The notes beneath the pieces were generated by a model, which saw nothing but the letters and a program-made list of their open reading frames with translations, was not told the origin of the DNA and ran no database searches. Shown here one piece after another: positions 32,965-40,766 of a stretch of DNA of 45,080 nucleotides; positions within the stretch are counted from its first letter, which is position 1; the number at the start of each line of letters is the position of its first letter. The stretch comes from Chthonomonadaceae bacterium. GTDB taxonomy: Bacteria; Armatimonadota; Chthonomonadetes; Chthonomonadales; Chthonomonadaceae. Location: assembly GCA_035650735.1 (NCBI GenBank), contig DASRGZ010000184.1, positions 1 through 45,080 on the forward strand, read 5' to 3'. The position numbers and the translations under genes were made by a program.

Positions 32965-34011
32965 TCAGATAACCTCCCAGGTGATCGGCTGGTCGGCGGC
33001 CAGAGAGACACGGGCCACGCGCCCGACGACGTTGTTCCATTCACGCGGCGGCAGGCCGGTGCCGGGCCGCTTGAGCGTCAGATGCTCCGGGGCCAGCCGT
33101 GTGCCCGGCGCAATGGGAACGCGCGCCACAATGCTGCGGTGGCAGTCGCGGCGCATCGCCTCTTCTTCCGGGCTCAGCGCAAAGACCGAGCGCCCCAGCG
33201 CCGCCTCCACGTCCCGCACGCCCGCCACAAGCCGGCTCAGCGTGGTCGGGTCGGCAGAGAACCGATGATCGGGGCCGATCCGGCGGTTGTCCAGCGTGAA
33301 GTGCTTTTCGATGAAGCACGCGCCCAGGGCCGCCGCGCCGATGGCCGCCGCTACGCCCTCGCTGTGGTCGGAGAAGCCAACCGGCACGTCGAAGGCGCGC
33401 CGCAGCGTCTCCATGCGGCGCAGGTGAACCTCTTCGATGGGGGTGGGGTAGAGCGAGATGCAGTGTAGGATCACGATGTCGTCGTTGCCGACGGCGCGGA
33501 TGGCCTCCACGGCGTCCTCGACCTCGCCGAGCCGCGCCATGCCGGTTGAGATCACCATCGGCAGACCCGCCGAGGCGAAGGCGCGCAGCAACGGCAGATT
33601 GGTCAAGTCGTCGGAGCCGACTTTGATCGCCGGCACGCCGATCTCTACCAGTACCTTAAGGGCCTCCAGGTCAGCCGGCGTGGAAAAGTAGAGAATGCCA
33701 GCCTCCCGCGCGCAGGCGGCCAACTCGGCGTGCGCCCGGTAGGGCAGCTCGTAGCGGCGGAACATCTCCAGCATGCTCTCGCGCACCTGCTTGCCGCCCG
33801 TCTCGTAGGCATACTCCTGCCCGGCGCCGACAAACTCCTCGGCCCGGAACACCTGGAACTTGATCGCGTCCGCCCCGCAGGCCGCCGCCATGCGGATCAT
33901 CTCTTTGGCCGTCTCCAGATCGCCGTTATGGTTGATGCCCGCTTCGGCCACGATCAGCGCCGGGTGGCCTTCGCCCAGGCAGCGGTTGCCAAACTGTACG
34001 GTGTGCGCCAT
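32965..34011 (-). CDS. Nonulosonic acid synthase (NeuB/PseI/LegI/SpsE family) with SAF domain
   Basis: Motifs AEAGINHNG, AIKFQ, STG, LHCISLYP, GFSDHS, IEKHFTL and KRPGTG. Confidence 0.95.
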   Translation of the reverse strand: MAHTVQFGNRCLGEGHPALIVAEAGINHNGDLETAKEMIRMAAACGADAIKFQVFRAEEFVGAGQEYAYETGGKQVRESMLEMFRRYELPYRAHAELAACAREAGILYFSTPADLEALKVLVEIGVPAIKVGSDDLTNLPLLRAFASAGLPMVISTGMARLGEVEDAVEAIRAVGNDDIVILHCISLYPTPIEEVHLRRMETLRRAFDVPVGFSDHSEGVAAAIGAAALGACFIEKHFTLDNRRIGPDHRFSADPTTLSRLVAGVRDVEAALGRSVFALSPEEEAMRRDCHRSIVARVPIAPGTRLAPEHLTLKRPGTGLPPREWNNVVGRVARVSLAADQPITWEVI

Positions 34012-34038
34012 GTAAGCTGCTCCTCTGACTTAAAAATA

Positions 34039-34083
34039 GCCCTCACCCCCTCCCCTTCTCCCACACTGCGGAAGAGGGGAGGC
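34039..34083. repeat. Family C hairpin
   Basis: GCCCTCACCCCCTCCCCTTCTCCCAC...GAAGAGGGGAGG, similar to 12036-12077. Confidence 0.75.
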
Positions 34084-34130
34084 ATTTTCGCGCGAGAGGC
34101 GCCCTATAGGGACATGGGAGGCTGAGGTCT

Positions 34131-34826
34131 CTAGATCTCCAGCAAGCGGGCCAGAATCTCGGCCCGGGCCAAGTCATCTGCGTCGTCAATATCGGCGGAG
34201 CGCTCCCAGGGCAGCCGATAGCCGCGCAGGCCGGGGCCGTAGAAGGTGCGGTCGCGCCGGAACGCCTCCACGCGCGCCCAGCGGATCGCCCCGCTCGGAC
34301 AGACCAGCGCCCGTGGGGCCTCTCCGTTGGCCCAGCCGACGGCCGTATCGAAGTAGCGGTGCAAGCCCGCCGGGGTCTCCTCCAGCGCCCAATAGGGTTT
34401 GAGCCAGCCGTAATCCACGACCGACATGAGGTAGTCGGCTCCTTCCGCCTCCAATTGCCACAGGCTGGCGCAGAGGTCGGAGGGCAGGCGCAGCGGGCAG
34501 TTGGGCATCAGGAGGCAGAGCAGATCAAACGTCGCGCCTTCCGTCTCCAGCGCGTCGAGCGTATGTAGGGCTGCCGCTTCCAGCGTGGCCGTGTCCGTGG
34601 CGAGATGGGCCGGCCTCCAGACGACCTGCGCGCCGTGCTCCTGCGCGATGGCTCCGATCTCGGCATCCTCCGTACTGACCACGATCCGGGCGAAGAGGCC
34701 GCAGTCTTGCGCCGTGCGGATGGAGTGCGCGAGGAGAGGCAGGCCGCGAAAGGTCAGGATATTTTTGCGGGGCAGGCGTTTCGATCCGCCGCGAGCCGGA
34801 ATGATCGCAAGGCGTGAGTTGAGCAT
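34131..34826 (-). CDS. Acylneuraminate cytidylyltransferase (NeuA/PseF family)
   Basis: Motifs IIPARGGSKRLPRKN, VSTED, PLR and DIDDADD. ATG 34826 with GAGGA RBS. Confidence 0.93.
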   Translation of the reverse strand: MLNSRLAIIPARGGSKRLPRKNILTFRGLPLLAHSIRTAQDCGLFARIVVSTEDAEIGAIAQEHGAQVVWRPAHLATDTATLEAAALHTLDALETEGATFDLLCLLMPNCPLRLPSDLCASLWQLEAEGADYLMSVVDYGWLKPYWALEETPAGLHRYFDTAVGWANGEAPRALVCPSGAIRWARVEAFRRDRTFYGPGLRGYRLPWERSADIDDADDLARAEILARLLEI

Positions 34827-35169
34827 AGCGTGCCTATCCTCTGCGCGACGTCGCGGCCTATCGCGGCGCCCGTAGGGGACGCCAGCGCGACGCAAACAGG
34901 GTAGAATGATGGAAGGACTGCGAAGTGGTCAGAAAGCGGCAAGGTCCTCCGGGCTATGGGAGCGTTCGGAGCTGCGCTCGCCAGTATTATCGGTAGGTTC
35001 CGGCGAGAACATCAGGGAAGGAGAGGCAGCAGAAGGGGGCGGAGCGACACGTTTGCTGGAACTGAAGGGGATGGCTGGCCGTCCTAACGGCGGCATATCT
35101 TGCGTGCCGTGCCGCCAGGAAGCGCTTTGTGGGCGGCGCATTTGTCCGTCGGAGAGGGAGGCCCAGACA

Positions 35170-36009
35170 ATGCTTAATGATGACACGCGCACACGCGCAG
35201 GAGGATGCACGCTGTTCATCGCGCTGATTATAGCCGCTTTTGCGCTCTTTAACTATTTTGGCTCGACGCAGAAGAACCCGGTCACGGGCGAGACGCAGCA
35301 TGTCAGCCTGACCCCGACGCAGGAGATCCAATTGGGGCTGCAGGCGGCGCCGCAGATGGAACAGGAGTTCGGCGGGCTCTCGAAGAATGAGCGCGCTCAG
35401 GCGTTGGTGGAGAAGGTTGGGGAGCGCATCGTCGAGCGCTCTGATGCCCAGAAGACGCCCTATAAGTACGAGTTTCATGTGCTGGCAGATAGCAGCACGA
35501 TCAACGCCTTCTCCTTGCCGGGCGGGCCGGTGTTCATCACGATGGCCCTGCTGAACAAGCTGCGCACGCAGGGGCAGTTGGCGGGCGTGCTGGGACATGA
35601 GATCGGTCATGTCGTCGCGCGGCACGGCGCGGAGCAGTTGGCGCAGAAGCAGCTCACTCAGGGGCTCGTGGGCGCGATTGGCGTGGCTTCCTACGATCCC
35701 AACCATCCCTATAGCAGCCAGCGCACGGCGGCGCTGGCTGCGGCCATTGGACAGCTTATCAACTTGAAATACAGCCGGAAAGATGAATTAGAGGCGGATA
35801 AGCTCGGGGTAAAGTTCATGTCCGAGGCCGGTTATGACCCACGGGCCATGATCGAAGTGATGAAGGTCTTGGAAGCGGTCGGCCAGAAACAGGGGCGCAC
35901 GCCGGAGTTCTTCAGCACGCACCCCAACCCGGAGAATCGCATCACCCGGATCAAGGAAGATATTCAGCAGCTTTATCCCAACGGCGTGCCGGAAGGATTG
36001 CAGGATTAG
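35170..36009 (+). CDS. M48 family zinc metalloprotease
   Basis: N-terminal TM helix; motifs NAFSLPGG, HEIGH, YSRKDELEAD and STHP; RBS GGGAGG. Confidence 0.93.
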   Translation: MLNDDTRTRAGGCTLFIALIIAAFALFNYFGSTQKNPVTGETQHVSLTPTQEIQLGLQAAPQMEQEFGGLSKNERAQALVEKVGERIVERSDAQKTPYKYEFHVLADSSTINAFSLPGGPVFITMALLNKLRTQGQLAGVLGHEIGHVVARHGAEQLAQKQLTQGLVGAIGVASYDPNHPYSSQRTAALAAAIGQLINLKYSRKDELEADKLGVKFMSEAGYDPRAMIEVMKVLEAVGQKQGRTPEFFSTHPNPENRITRIKEDIQQLYPNGVPEGLQD

Positions 36010-36061
36010 GATTAGCCGCTCGAAAGCTTATCCGTCCACCCTTGAATCCGCCGTGGAGGGG

Positions 36062-36094
36062 TTTTCCCCGCCCGCACAGGTGGGCGGGGCTTTC
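36062..36094. terminator. GC hairpin, putative terminator between convergent M48 gene and rpoN
   Basis: CCCCGCCC-GCACAGGT-GGGCGGGG followed by CTTTCT. Confidence 0.45.
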
Positions 36095-36343
36095 TGCCTG
36101 CACAGGCATCGCAAGGCGGAGGGCTGTCGCAAGGCAGAGGGCTGTCGCAAGGTGTGTCGCAAGGCGGAGCCGGAGGCCGTAACTCCGGCGACCCTAGCAG
36201 TGGGCCGAACCATTGCAGGCCCGACCCTGGCAGTCCGTTGAGCGGCGTCCCTTGCAGTCAGCAGGCCTGGCTAGGCGGAGGCGCGAGCGAGTGCAGCGCC
36301 GACCCTTGCAGCGCCCCACAGCGGCAGGGTTTAGCCTGCCGCA
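36093..36343. repeat. Mosaic array (family E: 4x TCGCAAGG, 4x G(A/T)CCCT(A/G/T)GCAG) embedded in a family C core
   Basis: Motifs counted directly. Flanks CTGCCTGC.CAGGCA and CCCACAGCGGCAGGGTTTAGCCTGCC match 42338-42400 and 28985-29046. Confidence 0.85.
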
Positions 36344-36358
36344 ATGAGGACGGCAGAC

Positions 36359-37810
36359 TTAGCGGCGGCGGCGTGCCGAGGACAGGATTTTCTCCTGATC
36401 CCGGTATTTGACGACCGTGCGCCGCGCCACGGTAATGCCCCGCTCCTTCAGCCGTTCGACGATCTGCTGGTCGGAGAGTGGGCTGGCAGGATCTTCGTTC
36501 TGGATGATCTGCTCAATTGCATCCTTGATCGAGAGCGAGGAATTAAAGAAGATGTCGAAGCTGACCACTTCCTGATTGGGAAGCTGCACGAACTTGTTGG
36601 CCGTAGCGCGGCTGACCGTGGACTCGTGGATATTGAGCATCTTGGCGACGCGCGTGCGGGTCAGCGGCCGCAGGAATTGGCGCGAGCCCGTCTCCAGGAA
36701 CCCGGTCTGGCAGTCCACAATGCAGCGGGTGATCATCTTCAGGGTCTTGCGCCGCTGGTTGATGTGGCGGATAAACAGCTCCGCGCGCTCGACATACTCG
36801 GTGATATGCTTCTTGTCGTCATCGCTGTGGTGGCCGTTGCCGCTCTTGATCTGGTTGTAGGCGTCGCGGTAGGTGGGGTTGACCCCAAGCATGAAGGGTT
36901 CGGCGCCCAGCACCTCCACATCATAACCAAGCTCGGTGCGCCGAATGATGACATCGGGACGCACGGCGGCGCGGCTGTTGGTGGGACGGTAGGCCCAGGG
37001 AGGACGGAACTGGTTGGCCGGATAGGGATTGAGGCGCGTGCGGATATACTCGATGACCTGCTTGGCCTCGTCCACGGAGATGCCGGCAGCGCGCGCCAGC
37101 TTCAGGTAGCGGCGCGCGGTGACGTGCTCGAAATGGTCGCGCACCAGCTTTTCCGCGATGGCGTTGCGCTTGCTGTTGCCGGGCGTAGTGTCTTCATCGC
37201 GCAGGTAGCGCAACTGCAGCAGCATGCACTCCTGCAGGTTACGCGCGCCCACTCCGGGCGGATCGAAGGTCTGGATGATCTCCAGGATGCGGCAGACCTC
37301 CTCGCAGGAGACGCCCAACTCCTCGGCAATGTTCTCTACGGTATCGCCCAGCCAGCCGTTATCGTCCAGGTTGTTGATCAGGTACTCGCCGATCCAGTAG
37401 TCTTCGCTGGGCACGGCGGCGCGCAGCAGGCCCCGCAGATGTTCCTGTAGCGTCATCTCGGCTTCCAGATTTCCGACGGGGTCATAATCCTCATCGGTCT
37501 CCAGGGGGGGCGTGCCGAAGAACGAGTCGTATTCGGCCTCGTGGTCGCCGGAGTCAAGCGTTTCCGCCTGCCGCTCCGTCTCCTGCTCTTTGGCGCGGCG
37601 GGCCGAGCAGTAAGGGCAGGCGGCAGGGTCAATGCAATCCCCGTTGCATGGCTGATCCTCAATCGTATCCAGGGCCGGGTTCTCGAACAGCTCGTTCTCG
37701 ACGGTCTGCATCAGCTCCATCGTCGTCAGCTGCAAGATGCTGTTGGCCATGATCAGCCGGGGATCGATTCGCTGGGTGATAACTTGCCGTTGATCGTGTT
37801 GGATCTGCAC
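36359..37810 (-). CDS. rpoN: RNA polymerase sigma-54 factor
   Basis: Motifs ELFENPALD, DPPGVGARNLQECMLLQL, HESTVSRA and the RpoN box ARRTVVKYR. GTG start with GGAGG RBS. Confidence 0.96.
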   Translation of the reverse strand: MQIQHDQRQVITQRIDPRLIMANSILQLTTMELMQTVENELFENPALDTIEDQPCNGDCIDPAACPYCSARRAKEQETERQAETLDSGDHEAEYDSFFGTPPLETDEDYDPVGNLEAEMTLQEHLRGLLRAAVPSEDYWIGEYLINNLDDNGWLGDTVENIAEELGVSCEEVCRILEIIQTFDPPGVGARNLQECMLLQLRYLRDEDTTPGNSKRNAIAEKLVRDHFEHVTARRYLKLARAAGISVDEAKQVIEYIRTRLNPYPANQFRPPWAYRPTNSRAAVRPDVIIRRTELGYDVEVLGAEPFMLGVNPTYRDAYNQIKSGNGHHSDDDKKHITEYVERAELFIRHINQRRKTLKMITRCIVDCQTGFLETGSRQFLRPLTRTRVAKMLNIHESTVSRATANKFVQLPNQEVVSFDIFFNSSLSIKDAIEQIIQNEDPASPLSDQQIVERLKERGITVARRTVVKYRDQEKILSSARRRR

Positions 37811-38118
37811 CGTTGGAACCTCCGCATCGCGTCGGGAAGGGATCCACGCCCGGTGTCTAGCCTTCCAGAGCGCAAGGAGCTGGCAAAGCCCTTATCTAGC
37901 GCGCGTCTCCTGGGCTTTCCGAAACAGCTGTGCCAGGTCTGTCGCTCCTGTTGTCGCCTTCCATTGTCGGCTGGTCTTGCCGGTGGCTTCAGAGGATTGC
38001 CGGCTGAAAGCGCGAACGGTTCCCGCTTCTGTGCCGCCGACAGGAGCGGCCAACAAGACAGCAAGGCTATCGGAGCCTTCCCTGAGGGAGGCCACCATTG
38101 CCAGGAACCGCACTCCCT

Positions 38119-38147
38119 ATTATAGGGGAAAGCGGCAGGGCTGTCAA
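38119..38147 (-). promoter_or_regulatory. Perfect consensus sigma70 promoter upstream of rpoN
   Basis: TTGACA-N17-TATAAT on the minus strand, ~300 nt before the rpoN start. Confidence 0.85.
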
Positions 38148-38469
38148 GCCGCAGAACGCTTTTTCCTTTTCCGACACGAGGGATTCTGGCAAGAAATCCG
38201 GAAAAAATACGGGCCGGCAGAGCCGCGCAGGAGGCGCATCTTCCCCGCTGGGCGCCAGGCCGGAAAGGCCCGGAAACAAGGGAGGACATTTTTGCGGCCT
38301 TCGCGAATGTTGCCCCAGAAAAGCATGGCAAGTTGCCCGGGAGCCCTCCGATGGAAGAGGGCCGCGACGAGGCCGCCAACCTATGCGGCAGAGCAAAATG
38401 CCAGGCAGAGAAGCCCTACCCCGCGCGCCCTGGTCATGGGAAACGGCCCTGTCCCCTCTCGAAGGAGGG

Positions 38470-38567
38470 AGGCGCATTCCTGCAATCCAACACCTAAAGG
38501 TTGAGAAACTCAACGTCAAAGGAATGCAGGGCAATCAGGCGCATTCCTGCAATCCAACACCTAAAGG
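38470..38567. repeat. Perfect 31-bp direct repeat with a 36-bp spacer
   Basis: AGGCGCATTCCTGCAATCCAACACCTAAAGG at 38470-38500 and 38537-38567. Confidence 0.9.
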
Positions 38568-38578
38568 AGCTACGGATC

Positions 38579-39358
38579 ATGCCAGAACCGACCGCATCCA
38601 TTCAATTGATCGTTTTCGGGCAGCGCAATCGAGACGACATCGCCGGCGTCCTCCGGGACGTCAAGACCGCCGGCTACCCCGCGTTTGAGGCGGGGGATAT
38701 GTACGAGTCTTACGGCGAAGAGACCACACGCCGCCTGCTCGCCGAAACCGGCCTGCGCGTCTCCGGCGCCCATTTCGGCTATCGCGATTACGCCGACGCC
38801 AAACGGCTGGACCGGCATATCGCCTACGCCAAAGCGGTCGGCCTGCAAAACCTGATGTGCTCCGGCGTGGCCGACCCCAAGACCGCCGAGGGCTACAGGC
38901 AGTCGGCCAGGGTCTTCAACGAGGCCGGCAAACGGCTCAAGGACGAAGGGCTGATCTTCAATTACCACAACCACGCCTGGGAGTTCGAGGATCTGGGCGG
39001 CGTCAACGGCATGGAGATCCTGAGCCAGGAGACCGACCCGAATCTCGTCAAGTTCAATATGGATGTCTTCTGGGTCTACTACGGCGGCCAGGATCCCGTG
39101 GGCTTCATTCGCCGTCACGCCGACCGCGCCGGCTACTTCCACTTCAAGGATGGCCGCAGGGTAACGGACGCCTCGGGCAAGGCGCAGCCCGAGTTCCTGG
39201 AGCTGGGGCGCGGCGACGTGGATCTGAAGGCGGCGATGGAGGCGGCACGTCAGGTAGGCGCCACCTGGATCGTGGCCGAGCAGGATAATACGAAGCTGTC
39301 GCCCCTGGAAGCGGCTACCATCAGCCGCAACTATATGCGTGACGTCCTCGGCGTCTAA
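38579..39358 (+). CDS. Sugar phosphate isomerase/epimerase (xylose isomerase-like TIM barrel)
   Basis: Motifs YHNHAWEF, DVFWV, HFKD, ELGRGDVD and AEQD; RBS AAGGAG. Confidence 0.9.
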   Translation: MPEPTASIQLIVFGQRNRDDIAGVLRDVKTAGYPAFEAGDMYESYGEETTRRLLAETGLRVSGAHFGYRDYADAKRLDRHIAYAKAVGLQNLMCSGVADPKTAEGYRQSARVFNEAGKRLKDEGLIFNYHNHAWEFEDLGGVNGMEILSQETDPNLVKFNMDVFWVYYGGQDPVGFIRRHADRAGYFHFKDGRRVTDASGKAQPEFLELGRGDVDLKAAMEAARQVGATWIVAEQDNTKLSPLEAATISRNYMRDVLGV

Positions 39359-39371
39359 CTCCTCTCGACGA

Positions 39372-39572
39372 CGGAATAAATTCCTTCGCAGGGTAGCGTT
39401 CCGCCTAGTGTCCGCCTACGCGGACACCAAAGAGCCTATTGAAAGGTGGTGTCCGCAAGGGTGCCGCTAGACGGAGCGCCCAACCATGGCAGGCGCGACC
39501 CTTGCAGTCCGTTGTAGGCCCGACCCTGGCAGTCACTGAGCCGTAGGCTACAGAGTGAGGGAATTTATTCCC
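39372..39572. repeat. Family B-like element enclosing family E motifs
   Basis: Bounded by GGAATAAATTCC / GGAATTTATTCC. Contains hairpin GTGTCCGCCTACGCGGACAC and GACCCTTGCAGTCCGTTGTAGGCCCGACCCTGGCAGTC. Confidence 0.8.
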
Positions 39573-39641
39573 TTGTGACGGAGGGCCATTTCGGGGTGGG
39601 CAGCCAGAAGGTTACACGCACTTTCTCAGCAGGAGTCTAAA

Positions 39642-40766
39642 TTGACGATGAAACGCTTATCTCTCTTTGGAGGACTGGCGCTGCTTCTCCTTGTTGCGCT
39701 GGCCGGCTGCGAGCCCAGCAAGAACCAGGGGGCCACGGCGGAAAGCGGCCCGCCAGGCGCCGGAACCAGAGCCGCCAACGCGGCGGCGAGTGCGAGCGCG
39801 CAGGCGTTCAACAAGCCGCGCAAGCCGGACGGTCCCATTTCTATCAAGGTCATCACCAACGGCAATTCGCCCTTCTGGGACTCGATGGGCGAAGGGCTGA
39901 AGGTGGGCCTGAAGGAGGTCGGCGCGCAGGGCGGCTGGGCGGCCCCGCCGCAAACCGACAACAGCAGCCAGAAGGCCGTCTTCGAGTCGGCGCTCTCGGC
40001 CAACGTGGACGGCATTGCCGTCTCCCCGATCCAGGCGGACGCCTTCGCGCCCGTCATTGACGCCGCCATAGACAAAGGCGTGCCCGTCATCACCTTCGAC
40101 TCGGATGCGCCTAAAAGCAAGCGGCTGGCCTATATCGGCACGGACAACTATCAGGCGGGAATCAAAGCTGGCGAGGAGGCGGTCCGGCTCTTGCCCAACG
40201 GCGGCAGCTTCGTGGCCTTTGTGGGCAACATGACCGCCGAGAACGCCCAGAAACGCTACCAGGGCTTCCTAGATGCCGTCAAGGGGCACAACATTACGAT
40301 GCTGCAAGACCCGTATGAAGATGACAAGGATGCCGTCGGACGCGCCCATGCCAACGTCGCCGACGCCATCACCAAATACGGCAACAAAATCAACGGCTTC
40401 CTCGGCCTCTACTCCTATAATGGCCCGGCCATCGTGGATGAGGTGCAGAAGGCCGGCCTGATCGGCAAGGTCAAGATCGTCTGCTTTGACGGCGAGCCGC
40501 GCACCCTGGACAACCTGGAACGGGGCGTAGTAGATGCCACGGTCGTACAGAAGCCCTATGAGTTCGGGCGTCTCTCGGCCAAGCTGTTGTATCTCATTAA
40601 CCGGAAAGGGCTGGAGGCCGCCCTCAGTCAACTACAGCCCGAGCTCGATCAATTGGGCATGAAGCGCAACGGCAACATCATTGACACCGGCGTGACCGTC
40701 GTGACGCCGGCCAACGCCAAGGAGTTCATCAAGGATCTACATGCGAAACATCTTACATCCACCTGA
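39642..40766 (+). CDS. Sugar ABC transporter substrate-binding lipoprotein (RbsB-like)
   Basis: Lipobox LAGC; motifs SPFW, VITFDSD, YIGTDNYQAG, VCFD and QKPYEFG. Start is 39642 TTG or 39648 ATG. Confidence 0.92.
   Translation: MTMKRLSLFGGLALLLLVALAGCEPSKNQGATAESGPPGAGTRAANAAASASAQAFNKPRKPDGPISIKVITNGNSPFWDSMGEGLKVGLKEVGAQGGWAAPPQTDNSSQKAVFESALSANVDGIAVSPIQADAFAPVIDAAIDKGVPVITFDSDAPKSKRLAYIGTDNYQAGIKAGEEAVRLLPNGGSFVAFVGNMTAENAQKRYQGFLDAVKGHNITMLQDPYEDDKDAVGRAHANVADAITKYGNKINGFLGLYSYNGPAIVDEVQKAGLIGKVKIVCFDGEPRTLDNLERGVVDATVVQKPYEFGRLSAKLLYLINRKGLEAALSQLQPELDQLGMKRNGNIIDTGVTVVTPANAKEFIKDLHAKHLTST

Noticed and set aside
34843..34893. GC-rich imperfect palindrome between the neuA-like and M48 genes
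   Set aside because: Single copy in the window and compatible with chance pairing at this GC content.
36053..36241. 62-aa ORF with KAEGCR repeats as a small Cys-rich peptide
   Set aside because: It is the translation of the 18-bp DNA module; the copy at 44900+ is not preserved as the same ORF.
38470..38567. CRISPR array call
   Set aside because: Only two repeats, no cas genes in the window and no typical CRISPR repeat terminus; kept as an unexplained repeat.
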